A DNA stretch of 63,158 nt, the filler included. It is 4 parts of 4 records of this genome, joined end to end, with 100 filler letters (N's around TTAATTAATTAA, not from the genome) between each part and the next. Parts side by side here need not be neighbours in the genome. Positions count along the whole stretch, not along the records: positions 1 to 20,618 come from DRR378314_1787; 3 more parts are not named here. One strand, 5' to 3'. Positions 9,095 to 18,930 of the stretch are shown here, one piece after another (within the stretch, counting starts at the first letter, position 1; every line of letters begins with the position of its first letter). The notes below the pieces were generated by a model. It saw only the letters and a program-made list of their open reading frames with translations. It did no database searches and was not told the DNA's origin. Position numbers and translations under genes: made by a program.

Positions 9095-9979
9095 ATGGCC
9101 GAATACCCTGTCGACATGACAGTCACCCCCGAGGTCGAAGGCTTCTTCGACGAGGCCAGCAACACGATCTCTTATATTGTGAAGGACCCGGGGTCAGACG
9201 CCTGCGCGATCATCGACAGCGTGTTGGACATCGACTATGCCGCCGGGCGCATCTCTTATGACAGCGCAGACCGGCTGATCGACGCCATAACCAAGCGCGG
9301 CTTGCGCGTCGAGTGGATCATCGAAACCCATGTGCATGCCGATCACCTGTCTGCCGCACCCTATCTCCAGGAAAAGCTGGGTGGAAAGATCGGCGTGGGT
9401 ACCCGGATCATGGAAGTGCAGGAGGTCTTCGGCAAAGTGTTCAACGAGGGCACGGAATTCCAACGCGATGGCTCGCAATTCGATGCTCTGTTCGAGGACG
9501 GTCAGACCTACCAGATCGGCACGATGCAGGCCTTCGCCCTGGCTACGCCGGGGCATACGCCCGCCTGCATGGTACATGTAGTCGGCGATGCGGCTTTTGC
9601 GGGCGATACGCTCTTCATGCCCGATGGCGGCTCGGCCCGAGCCGATTTCCCGGGCGGTGATGCGGGCGAATTGTATGACAGCATCCAAAAAGTGTTGTCA
9701 CTTCCGGACGAGATGCGGCTCTTTATCTGTCACGATTACGGCCCCGGTGGCCGTGCCATCGCCTGGGAAACGACAATTGGTGAGCAACGGCAAAACAACA
9801 TCCATGTGGGCGACGGCAAAACCCGCGAAGACTTCATCAGGTTCCGCACCGAACGCGATGCTGAACTCGCCATGCCAAAGCTCATCATTCCGTCTTTGCA
9901 GGTGAATATGCGCGCCGGCGAAATTCCGCGGGACGAGGACGGCAATCCGATGCTCAAAGTGCCGCTGAGCGGATTGTAA
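9095..9979 (+). CDS. MBL-fold persulfide (sulfur) dioxygenase, ETHE1/Blh-like
   Basis: ETHVHADH, TPGHTPAC, GDTLFMPD.G.AR.DFPGG, CHDY and PSLQVNMRAG. Confidence 0.9.
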   Translation: MAEYPVDMTVTPEVEGFFDEASNTISYIVKDPGSDACAIIDSVLDIDYAAGRISYDSADRLIDAITKRGLRVEWIIETHVHADHLSAAPYLQEKLGGKIGVGTRIMEVQEVFGKVFNEGTEFQRDGSQFDALFEDGQTYQIGTMQAFALATPGHTPACMVHVVGDAAFAGDTLFMPDGGSARADFPGGDAGELYDSIQKVLSLPDEMRLFICHDYGPGGRAIAWETTIGEQRQNNIHVGDGKTREDFIRFRTERDAELAMPKLIIPSLQVNMRAGEIPRDEDGNPMLKVPLSGL

Positions 9980-9982
9980 CGC

Positions 9983-11368
9983 ATGACTATGACAAATACG
10001 AAGAATGCTTCGGCAATAGAAGCTCTGCGCAACCTGCTTGGTAATCGCCTGTCGACCGGGAGTTCGGTACTTGAACTTCACAGCCGCGATGAGGCCTACA
10101 CTCCTCCAGCATATCCAGAAGCGGTTGCTTTTCCTGAAACCACTGAACAAGTTTCTCAAATCCTTAGAATTTGTTCCGAACATGCATGCCCGGTAGTACC
10201 CTTTGGAGTTGGCACTTCACTCGAAGGCCATGTGATACCCATTCAAGGTGGCATCAGCGTTGATGTCAGCAGAATGAACCGTATCCTAGAAGTTCGGGAG
10301 AAAGATCTGCTTGCTGTCGTCCAGCCGGGTGTTACGCGGACGCAACTAAATGAAGAGTTGCGGGCAACTGGCCTTATGTTCACCGTTGATCCTGGTGCTG
10401 ACGCAACAATTGGCGGCATGGCGGCCACCCGTGCATCTGGTACCAATTCCGTTCGATATGGCACAATGCGAGAAAACGTGATGGCGCTCGAAGTGGTTTT
10501 GCCGAACGGGAACATCATCAAGACAGGAAGCCGTGCCCGAAAATCCGCGAGTGGTTATGATCTGACCCATCTCTTTGTCGGTTCGGAAGGCACGCTTGGC
10601 ATCATTACAAATCTCACTGTCCGATTATTTGGGCAACCAGAAACCATATTATCTGCTGCCTGCGCGTTTGAAACGCTTGAGGGAGCGGTCGATGCTGTCA
10701 TTCTGGCTATTCAATCGGGTATTCCATTCGCTCGGGTAGAATTGCTCGATGAGATGCAAATCAAGGGCATGAACATTCTTGATTCGGAAATTGGATTGCC
10801 CGAGAAACCGCATCTCTTTCTCGAATTCCATGGATCACAGGTTTCCACCGCAGAGCAAGTTGAAACATTCCAAGGTATCGTCGGCGATTTCGGGGGGAAG
10901 GAATTCAAATGGGCAAGCAAGACCGAAGACCGCAAAAAGCTTTGGAAAGCCCGGCACCAGGCGCTGTATGCTGCCAAAGCTCTGAGGCCTGGTTGCGTTG
11001 GAATGGTTACGGATTGTTGTATACCGATATCCAGCATGGCGGAGTGCATTTCCCGCACCAAAATTGAGATTGTCCGATCGGGACTCATCGCACCAATTGT
11101 TGGTCACGTCGGTGACGGGAACTTTCACCTAGTGATCCTTTGCGACCCAGAAAGTGAGCGAGAACTAGAGCAGGCATATGGGCTGGCCGAAACCGTCAGT
11201 CATTTGGCATTGGAAATGGGCGGGACCGTTAGCGGCGAACATGGTATCGGCATTGGAAAGAAGAAATACATGATCAAGGAACATGGTGCGGCATTTGAAC
11301 TGATGAAAGCTCTCAAACACATGGTCGATCCGTATGACATTATGAATCCCGGTAAGTTGATCAGTTGA
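9983..11368 (+). CDS. FAD-linked oxidase, D-lactate/2-hydroxyacid dehydrogenase (GlcD/DLD family)
   Basis: PFGVGTSLEGH, DPGADATIGGM, GYDLTHLFVGSEGTLG, GHVGDGNFH, GEHGIG and MNPGK; visibly more AT-rich than the upstream genes. Confidence 0.92.
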   Translation: MTMTNTKNASAIEALRNLLGNRLSTGSSVLELHSRDEAYTPPAYPEAVAFPETTEQVSQILRICSEHACPVVPFGVGTSLEGHVIPIQGGISVDVSRMNRILEVREKDLLAVVQPGVTRTQLNEELRATGLMFTVDPGADATIGGMAATRASGTNSVRYGTMRENVMALEVVLPNGNIIKTGSRARKSASGYDLTHLFVGSEGTLGIITNLTVRLFGQPETILSAACAFETLEGAVDAVILAIQSGIPFARVELLDEMQIKGMNILDSEIGLPEKPHLFLEFHGSQVSTAEQVETFQGIVGDFGGKEFKWASKTEDRKKLWKARHQALYAAKALRPGCVGMVTDCCIPISSMAECISRTKIEIVRSGLIAPIVGHVGDGNFHLVILCDPESERELEQAYGLAETVSHLALEMGGTVSGEHGIGIGKKKYMIKEHGAAFELMKALKHMVDPYDIMNPGKLIS

Positions 11369-11438
11369 TTCACATTCTCTGCTATTGATGTCGAAGCACT
11401 GTGTGCGTGAGGGTTAAGTCTCATACCCAAAACATGAC

Positions 11439-11628
11439 GACTGCAACGAAGCGCAATTCGTGTTCAAAACCTCCAAGCGCACGGCACGCATCACGCTTAA
11501 GCAACTCACCACGGCAGGTTTCCTCGTTTCGGCTTCGCCCAAGAGGCCCGTTCGCCTTGCCTTCCCGCTGGACTACCGGTAGCACCTGTTCCCCAATCTC
11601 GTTGCGAATGCAGAGCCGCCGGGGTGAA
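11439..11628 (+). pseudogene. Remnant of a Fic-family protein C-terminus
   Basis: My translation gives EAQFVFKTSKRTARITLKQLTTAGFLVSASPKRPVRLAFPLDYR*HLFPNL, resembling the C-terminal HTH and 'PVRLxFP...LFP' tail of proteobacterial Fic proteins; internal TAG stop and no 5' part. Confidence 0.5.
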
Positions 11629-12525
11629 CCGGATCGCCCGTGAATTGTTCACGCTGACCAGCAGCGCCGCGGATGAGCACCGGATACTCGCTCGGGGAAC
11701 GGGTGCCGACGGGTATGTACGCGCGAGCGACTATTACTATGTCTATCGCTCCAGAGCGGATTTCGAGAAAGAAGCCTTCGCCTGGGACATCCGGCGGAAG
11801 AACGGCATCGTCTTCGATGAAGTCGGCGAGCCTGAATTGCGCAGGCTGGAACCGGACCTTTCGAGTGCATTCTGCTTCGCTATCCGGTTGCCCGATCACG
11901 GATTCTCGATCGACCCTGGCCAGCTGGTAAAGGGACTGACAGCGCGTTTCCGGAAAAATGGCGGGCGGTTCCTCAGGGCGAAGGTCCGGTCGATCGAGAC
12001 CCTTGGCAATGTCGCCGCGGCCTTGATCACCGCTCCGGGCGCGTGGCGTATGACAGGGCGGTAATCGCGGCGGGGGCTTGGTCGCTAGACCTGCTCGCGC
12101 CGCTCGGCGTGCAGATCCCGCTGATCGGCGAACGCGGGTATCATATTGAGTTCCGCGACACCGGCATTCGCCACAATTTCCCGATGATGGTCACGTCGGG
12201 AAAATATGTCGCGACGCCGATGCGGGGCCGCCTGCGTCTCGCCGGGATAGTCGAGTTTCGGGCAATGTCGGATGCTCCGAACCCGAAGCTGTGAAAACGA
12301 TTGAGGCGGCATGCGGGAATCCTGTTTCCCGCAGCCGATCTCGCCAAGATGGAAACCTAGATGGGGCACCGACCGTCTTTGCCGGACAGCCTGCCAGTGA
12401 TCGGTGCGGTGCCGGGCTTTCCAAACGTCATTCTCGCCTTCGGTCGTCAGCATATCGGTCTGACCACAGGCCCCAAGACCGGCCGGCTGGTCGCGCAGCT
12501 TGCCGGCGGCGTCCCGGATATCTGA
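11624..12525 (+). pseudogene. Disrupted FAD-dependent D-amino acid dehydrogenase (DadA/DAO family)
   Basis: Pieces in different frames (AVIAAGAWS, ERGYH, LRLAGIVEF, *MGHRPSLPDSLPVIG...AFGRQHIGLTTGPKTG). The N-terminal GxGxxG is missing; there are frameshifts and a TAG in place of the conserved Trp. Confidence 0.85.
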
Positions 12526-12532
12526 ATCGATT

Positions 12533-12680
12533 GACCGAGTTGCACGAATAGCGGTTAGGCCGCAACTGCCCCTTTCTCCGTTCGATATGCGACAGTTTAA
12601 TGGTCGCACACCCGAGATAGTTCGTGCGGTTGAGAGCGTTGAACACGATCTTGGATTCGGCTATCTGGATCTCCAATTCG
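12533..12680 (-). mobile_element. IS5-family (IS903-like) right-end remnant
   Basis: Minus-strand EIQIAESKIVFNALNRTNYLG resembles the transposase C-terminus and is followed by AAAGGGGCAGTTGCGGCC...TCGTGCAACTCGGTC, an IR-like end. Confidence 0.55.
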
Positions 12681-12962
12681 CGGCTACATAGCACAAACCC
12701 GATTGAGCGCCTCTACAACGAAGTGAAACGCCGGGCCGATGTTGCGGATATCTTCCCAAACGAGGCCTCAATCATCCGCATCATCGGCGCGGTGCTCTTC
12801 GAGCAGATCGACGAATGGCAGACCATCAGCAGATACATGCAAGTTAAGGCCTTCAAACAGATCGATCAGGAGGAGGCAGACCCCCATTCTCAGCATCTCA
12901 ACTCAAGCCGCCCGACCATGACACCAGGCCATCCAATTTACACCATATTGGAGGACGTGGTC
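12678..12962 (+). mobile_element. IS256-family transposase 3' remnant with right end
   Basis: LHSTNPIERLYNEVKRRADVADIFPNEASIIRIIGAVLFEQIDEW is a typical IS256 C-terminus; terminal sequence AATTTACACCATATTGGAGGACGTGGTC. Confidence 0.85.
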
Positions 12963-13031
12963 GTTCAGGCCGGGCATATCTCGAACCCATTTTGGTAATT
13001 TCGAATGGGCTAATGGCCAAGAAGTTGCATT

Positions 13032-15449
13032 TTAGGCCAACATTTTCTGCCGTGTCGAATCATAAGGCACTTGAGCGAGCGGTGTGGCTTTGTATTTTTG
13101 GTTCGCGACCTCGATCTCAAAACTGCGTACCCGTGTTTCAGCATGCGTTTCTCCGGGTGCGATCGATACATTGGCAAAGCATAGACTTTTCCCCGTGCGC
13201 GGCCCTCTTGCGCCAGAACTTGTCAGGCCTGCGTAAGTGCCGTTTTCCCAAACCGGTTCATCATGCAACAGCAGCGCGTCGCCTTCGACCTCAAGCAAGA
13301 TCTGACGACGGGTTAAGCCAGCCTCTTTCTGGGCAATAAGCGCATCGCGCCCCAGGAAATCGCCTTTTTTCCAGTTCACAGCAAAACCGATTCCGGCCTC
13401 TAGGGGCGAAATGTTGGGGCCGAGGTCGTGGCCCCAATGCTTGAACCCTTTCTCGATCCGGCAACCGTCAAGGGCATAGATGCCCAAAAGATGCTGGGTG
13501 TGGGCACGTAGCGCGTCAAAAAGCGGGATGGCATCTGCCGTAGGCACCGCAATTTCCCAGCCAAGTTCGCCGACGAAGCTTAGGCGCGTAGCGGTGGCAG
13601 GCAGCCCGGCAACCGTCACGTTTTGGGCGGTGGAAAAGGCGAACGCGTCCCAATCATCCTCGGACAGCGCCTGCAGGATCTCGCGTGCCCGTGGCCCCAT
13701 CACACCGATCACCGCCTCGTCTTCGGTCACGTCTTTCAATTGTACGTCATACCCTTGTGCACGGGCCTGTTTTTTTAGCCAGTAGATGTCCTTACGCCGC
13801 GTGGCCGCGCCCGAGGTCACCCGAAAGGCCTGCTCCTCCACTCGTGTCACGGTTAAATCCGCCTCGATCCCACCCCGTTTGTTCAACCAGGTTGTATAAA
13901 CCGCGCGACCCGGTGCTACATCCAGATCGGATGAGCAGACCCATTGCATTAGCGGCAGCGCATCCGGCCCCGTCACATCAATTTTGGTGAACATCGACAA
14001 GTCGATCAGCGCTGCGCTGTCGGCCATGGCTTGGGCTTCACGATCCGCCACATATTGCCAGGTTTGTGGTCCGACTGAGTACGGTAGGCTGAGTTCCTCG
14101 TCGTTCTGGGCAAACCACAATGTTCGCTCCCATGCTCCACCCAAACCCCAAACTGCGCCCACCTGATCCAGCGCCCGATGTAGGGGTGACAAGCGCAAGT
14201 TGCGACCGGAAATCGGCTGTTTATGGGGCCAGTGCATCGCAAAAATGTTGCCCGCTGCCTCGCGCATTTTGTCTTCCATGAAGCTGGCATCGGATTGCAG
14301 TGGGTCACAGCGCAAAATGTCGATATCCCAAAGGTCACTTGGGGCCTCGCCCGCAATCATCCAATCGGCTAGCGCATCCCCCACCCCGGCGGATGACATG
14401 ATTCCGGCCGAGTTCATTCCGGTGGCCACATAGAGATCCCGCAGTTCGGGCGTTTCGCCCACCAGCGGACGACTATCGGCGGTAAAGCTTTCGGGCCCAT
14501 TAAGGAAATGCTGAATACCGGCGGATTCTAGCTCGGGGAACATGGTCAAGGCAGCGTCGATGAAAGGCTCGGCCTGCTCCCAATCATCTTCCATCTCAAG
14601 AAAAGGGCGGTTGCCCTCGGGTGCATGCGGATTCCAAGGTTTCGCATCCATTTCAATCCAGCCCACCAACAGCTTACCAGCATCGCCTTTCATGTAGACA
14701 TGGGATTCCATATCGCGGAAAATCGGGAAGGGTTTAGGCAAGCCATTAATTGGTTCAGTTACCACATACATGTGCTTTACCGAATGTTGCGGCAACACGA
14801 CACCTGCATAATCTGCGAGCTTTTTGGACCAAGCGCCAGCACAAAGGGCCACTTGCTCCGCCTCAATTTGGCTCCCATCGGACAGTTCCACACCGGTAAT
14901 TTTGCCACCGTTAGACACCAGGCGTGTAACCAACACCCCTTCACGAACTTCCACTCCCTTTGTACGCGCCGCCTTGAGATAGGCCATCGACAAATCCACC
15001 GGGTTGACCTGCCCGTCTTCCTTGAGAGTGAGCGCCCCGTGAATTCCCTGGGCGCTTATTCCAGGCACACGTGCTGCAACTTCCTCTCCCGATACCATCT
15101 CAGGTGTCATACCTGAGAATTCGGCCACTGCATGAAGGCGTTTTAACTCGTCCATGCGTTCGGGACAGCGCGCAATCCAATAGCCGGTAGTCTGCTGATA
15201 ACCGGTTGCGAGACCTGTTTCGCGCTCCAACTCTGGGAAAGTTTCCAGCGCCTTGGAAGCCAGTCGAGTAAAGTTCAGCGAAGGTCGCAGTGGCCCGACA
15301 ATCCCGGCCGCATGCCATGTAGTGCCAGATGTCAACTGGTTGCGCTCTAGCAGCAGGATGTCCTTCGCGCCTTTCTTGGAGAGATGATACGCGAGGCTCA
15401 ATCCGATCACTCCCCCACCAATGATGACGATATTACGTTTCGTATTCAT
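13032..15449 (-). CDS. FAD-dependent oxidoreductase with GcvT C-terminal domain (sarcosine/dimethylglycine dehydrogenase-like)
   Basis: IIGGGVIG, LTSGTTWHAAG, NGPESFT, GWER-like WERTLWF, SFVGELGWEI and RIEKG; 805 aa. Confidence 0.93.
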   Translation of the reverse strand: MNTKRNIVIIGGGVIGLSLAYHLSKKGAKDILLLERNQLTSGTTWHAAGIVGPLRPSLNFTRLASKALETFPELERETGLATGYQQTTGYWIARCPERMDELKRLHAVAEFSGMTPEMVSGEEVAARVPGISAQGIHGALTLKEDGQVNPVDLSMAYLKAARTKGVEVREGVLVTRLVSNGGKITGVELSDGSQIEAEQVALCAGAWSKKLADYAGVVLPQHSVKHMYVVTEPINGLPKPFPIFRDMESHVYMKGDAGKLLVGWIEMDAKPWNPHAPEGNRPFLEMEDDWEQAEPFIDAALTMFPELESAGIQHFLNGPESFTADSRPLVGETPELRDLYVATGMNSAGIMSSAGVGDALADWMIAGEAPSDLWDIDILRCDPLQSDASFMEDKMREAAGNIFAMHWPHKQPISGRNLRLSPLHRALDQVGAVWGLGGAWERTLWFAQNDEELSLPYSVGPQTWQYVADREAQAMADSAALIDLSMFTKIDVTGPDALPLMQWVCSSDLDVAPGRAVYTTWLNKRGGIEADLTVTRVEEQAFRVTSGAATRRKDIYWLKKQARAQGYDVQLKDVTEDEAVIGVMGPRAREILQALSEDDWDAFAFSTAQNVTVAGLPATATRLSFVGELGWEIAVPTADAIPLFDALRAHTQHLLGIYALDGCRIEKGFKHWGHDLGPNISPLEAGIGFAVNWKKGDFLGRDALIAQKEAGLTRRQILLEVEGDALLLHDEPVWENGTYAGLTSSGARGPRTGKSLCFANVSIAPGETHAETRVRSFEIEVANQKYKATPLAQVPYDSTRQKMLA

Positions 15450-15458
15450 GGGATACTG

Positions 15459-17870
15459 CTACCCTTTCAGTAAGGCATTTTCAGGGTCGTGGACCGACTT
15501 CGACAGAACTCGGACCTTGCGGTCTTGACCCAAAAGGCCAACCTCCAGGTCTCCAGCACCCATCCGGTCGCTGTCGACATAGGCAAAGGCCAAGCTTTTG
15601 CCGGACGTGTGCCCGTAGGCGCCTGATGTTGTCAGGCCGACAACCTTGCCATCTGCAAAGACCGCCTCGCTGCCTAGACAATCCGCATCTGAGGCATCGA
15701 CCTCAAGATAGGCGATCTGGCGGCTTGGCGTCTCGTCTCTGCAGGCTAGAAGTGCCTCACGGCCTAGAAACTCGTCCTTATGGAAATGGACAAGCCGGGA
15801 CAGGCCAGCCTCCTTCATGCGTACATCCGTGGTGTATTCATGACCCCAGGCGCCATAGCCTTTTTCCATCCGCAGGGAATTCACGGCATACAAACCAAAG
15901 TTGGCCAATCCGTGCTTGCTGCCAGCCTCCAGAATGGCAGTATAGGCGGTGTCGAGATCGGACATGGGCACATGCAACTCCCAGCCCAATTCGCCGACAA
16001 AAGACAGGCGCAGGGCACGGACGGGCACGCTTGCCACGGATATCTCGCGAGCGTCCAGCCACGGGAAGGCCTCATTGTCGAGGGAAGCATCTGTCAGCTC
16101 CGACAGGATATCGCGAGAGCGAGGGCCGGTCAGCACAAGACAACCATACTCCTGCGAAACGTTGCGCACATCCACATCCTCACCGGAGCGCCGCCAAAAG
16201 CGCAGCTTGTCGAAATCGCGGGTCTGGCTCACCGCTGGGCCGAGCAGGTAGAACAGATTCTCGCCAAAGCGGGTGATAGTCCATTCATTCTCAATAAACC
16301 CGTCTGCCGTTGTGCTGTAGGCCAGCATGGATTTGCCCTCGCGCTTGGGCGCGGTGCCGGTGACCAGACGATTGAGGTAGCCTTCCGCATTCGGGCCCGA
16401 GATTTCGAATTTGGAGAAGCTGGACAGGTCCAACACCCCCGCACGTTCGCGCACAGCGTGGCATTCATCGCCGATGATCTCGTGAATGTTGGTGCGGGCA
16501 AAGCTGTATTCTTCGTTCTCGCCATTCGGGGCGTACCATTTGGGTCGCTCCCAACCGAAGGATTCGCCAAAGACCGCGCCCTGTTCCGCTTGCCGTGCAT
16601 AGGCCGGAGTTTTGAATAGAGGGCGCCCAGTCTTGCGGTCCTCGCCGGGCTGGTGCAGCTGGAAATTTCTGTGATAAGCGTCGATGGCCTTGGCCCTGGT
16701 ATATTCGCCATAAGCGTAATCGCCCCAGCGGCGCGGGTCGAAATCGTTCATGCTGATCTCAGCCTGGCCATGCACCATCCATTGGGCCAGATATTTGCCT
16801 GATCCCGCGCCCTGGCAGATACCGACGCTTGATCCGCAGGCCAGCCAGGCGTTGCGCAGCCCCGGCGCCGGGCCCAGCAAAAAACCGCCATCCGGTGTAT
16901 AAGTGATCGCGCCAGCAATCGTGGTGCGCACCCCGACCGTGCCCGCAACCGGCATCCGCTCCATCGCCCGTTCCAGCCAGGGAGTCAGACGCTCCAGCTC
17001 ATTGGGGAACAGAAAGCGGTCGGTGTCCCAATCCGGCCCCTCTAGATAGCAGGGCTTGGCACCCGTGGTTTCATAGGGGCCCACGACCAGCCCTTTGCGT
17101 TCCTGCCGAAAATAAGTCGAGCTGTAGGGGTCGCGCACCAGCGGCAGCTCAAAATCCAGCGCTTCGATCTCGGGTATGGTTTCGGTCACCAGATAATGGT
17201 GGATCATGTCGACGATAGGCAGTTTGATCCCCATCATTTCGCCCAGACGGCGCGCGAACGAGCCGCCCGCGTTGACGATCTGCTCGGCGATCACCGTGCC
17301 GTTTTCGGTCTCGACCTCCCATTCGCCTGATGCGCGCTGCGCGAGCCCCGTCACTCGGTTGTTGGTGACAATCTTCACTCCCCGTGCCCGTGCGCCCTTA
17401 GCCATCGCCATAGTCACGCCGGTGGGATCCACATAGGCGTCATTTTCCATCCACACGGCGCCCTTGACGCCGAAGGTTTCGATAAAGGGATGGCGCTCTT
17501 TGGCTTCCTCGGTCGAGATGATCCGGCAGGCGATGCCATTGTGCTGTGCGATGCCTACGCCGCGTGCGAACCAGTTCAACTCCTCCTGCGTTTGCGCCAG
17601 CCGCATCCCGCCGCAGCGGTGATAGCCGGTGGCCTGACCGGTCTCGGCCTGAATCTCGTCATAAAGCTTCAGCCCGTGGTCATGGACATAGGACAGGCCC
17701 AGAGAACCGGCGAAGTTCGTGGTGTTGCCTGCCGCATGCCAAGTCGAACCCGAGGTGAGTTCCCCCTTTTCCACCAGCATCACATCGCTCCAGCCTTCGC
17801 GCGCCAGATGATAGGCCAAGCTGACGCCGTAAACGCCGCCGCCAATGATAAGTACACGTGTGTGTTCCAT
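15459..17870 (-). CDS. Dimethylglycine dehydrogenase-like FAD/GcvT oxidoreductase
   Basis: IIGGGVYG, LTSGSTWHAAG, ITYTPDG, GWERPKWY, SFVGELGWELH and SLRMEKGY; start re-called at MEHTRV (ATG 17870). Confidence 0.93.
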   Translation of the reverse strand: MEHTRVLIIGGGVYGVSLAYHLAREGWSDVMLVEKGELTSGSTWHAAGNTTNFAGSLGLSYVHDHGLKLYDEIQAETGQATGYHRCGGMRLAQTQEELNWFARGVGIAQHNGIACRIISTEEAKERHPFIETFGVKGAVWMENDAYVDPTGVTMAMAKGARARGVKIVTNNRVTGLAQRASGEWEVETENGTVIAEQIVNAGGSFARRLGEMMGIKLPIVDMIHHYLVTETIPEIEALDFELPLVRDPYSSTYFRQERKGLVVGPYETTGAKPCYLEGPDWDTDRFLFPNELERLTPWLERAMERMPVAGTVGVRTTIAGAITYTPDGGFLLGPAPGLRNAWLACGSSVGICQGAGSGKYLAQWMVHGQAEISMNDFDPRRWGDYAYGEYTRAKAIDAYHRNFQLHQPGEDRKTGRPLFKTPAYARQAEQGAVFGESFGWERPKWYAPNGENEEYSFARTNIHEIIGDECHAVRERAGVLDLSSFSKFEISGPNAEGYLNRLVTGTAPKREGKSMLAYSTTADGFIENEWTITRFGENLFYLLGPAVSQTRDFDKLRFWRRSGEDVDVRNVSQEYGCLVLTGPRSRDILSELTDASLDNEAFPWLDAREISVASVPVRALRLSFVGELGWELHVPMSDLDTAYTAILEAGSKHGLANFGLYAVNSLRMEKGYGAWGHEYTTDVRMKEAGLSRLVHFHKDEFLGREALLACRDETPSRQIAYLEVDASDADCLGSEAVFADGKVVGLTTSGAYGHTSGKSLAFAYVDSDRMGAGDLEVGLLGQDRKVRVLSKSVHDPENALLKG

Positions 17871-17917
17871 GGGGGTGCCTTTATTGACTGCTGCAACTAC
17901 ATTCATATAATTTTTAT

Positions 17918-18838
17918 ATGGATGATTTGCGTACTTTGCTCCCGATCATGAATGCCCTTGCTGCATTTGAAGCTGTCGCCAGCGTTCAGAGCGTCAGTGA
18001 AGCATCCAGGCGATTAAACATCTCCCAACCGTCATTGAGTCGGCACATTAAGGTACTGGAAGAAAATCTGAACACGCAATTATTTGATAGAGTCCATAGC
18101 AAAATTCGATTGACTACCGAAGGTGAACAGCTGTTCGACGCGGTGCAGGGCGGCCTGTCAGGCATCCGGCAGGTCTGCGCTGACCTGAAATCGCGGGCAG
18201 AGTTTCCCTCGGTATCGATCCATTGCGGCTATGGGCTGGCGCATTTCTGGTTTCTTAAGATTTACCCCGACCTGCAACAGGCTTTTCCGGATTTCGACAT
18301 CAAGCTCTCGGTGTCACAGACCGAAACCAGCGCCGACCATCTAGATGCGGACTTGTCCTTTGTTCTGGGCAAGCCGTCGAACCCGGATTACCGGTCAGAC
18401 CAGATCATTCAGGAACAGATCGTTCTAGCCTGTTCGCCGAGTTTTTTACAGCAGCACGGAGTGCAGGCCGATCAGTTGACGCCCGAGACGATCCGCCAAT
18501 TGCCCCTGCTGCATCAGGCGCGCGAGGAGTATGGCTGTATCTGGTTCGGAGACTGGTTTCGCGCCCATGGTGTGGATTTCGAATTGACCCCCGAGGTGCT
18601 GTTTTACCACAGCTACCCGCTGCTGATCGAAGCCGCCACCGAAGGCCGCGGCATCTGCATAGCATGGCCGCAACTGTCGGGTGATCTCTTTGCCACCGGG
18701 CTGTTAACCTCTTTGCCAGGTACCGAGATGGAATCCGAGAACGGCTATTTTCTGGTCTCGCGGGCGAAACAACATGCAACCGAGAGAATTTCCGCACTGC
18801 ACAACCTTGTTTTAGAGAAGGCACGAGCAATGTTTTAA
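17918..18838 (+). CDS. LysR-family transcriptional regulator, divergent from the dehydrogenase pair
   Basis: ALAAFEAVASVQSVSEASRRLNISQPSLSRHIKVLE HTH; only 47 bp separate the divergent starts. Confidence 0.92.
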   Translation: MDDLRTLLPIMNALAAFEAVASVQSVSEASRRLNISQPSLSRHIKVLEENLNTQLFDRVHSKIRLTTEGEQLFDAVQGGLSGIRQVCADLKSRAEFPSVSIHCGYGLAHFWFLKIYPDLQQAFPDFDIKLSVSQTETSADHLDADLSFVLGKPSNPDYRSDQIIQEQIVLACSPSFLQQHGVQADQLTPETIRQLPLLHQAREEYGCIWFGDWFRAHGVDFELTPEVLFYHSYPLLIEAATEGRGICIAWPQLSGDLFATGLLTSLPGTEMESENGYFLVSRAKQHATERISALHNLVLEKARAMF

Positions 18839-18930
18839 AGGCTTTCAAGAGTTTACAAATTTAAGATCCAGCTCCGCCGAAACTGGAATCCCTGAACTTC
18901 ACCAATCTCGCAAAGGCATCCTCTCCTGTT

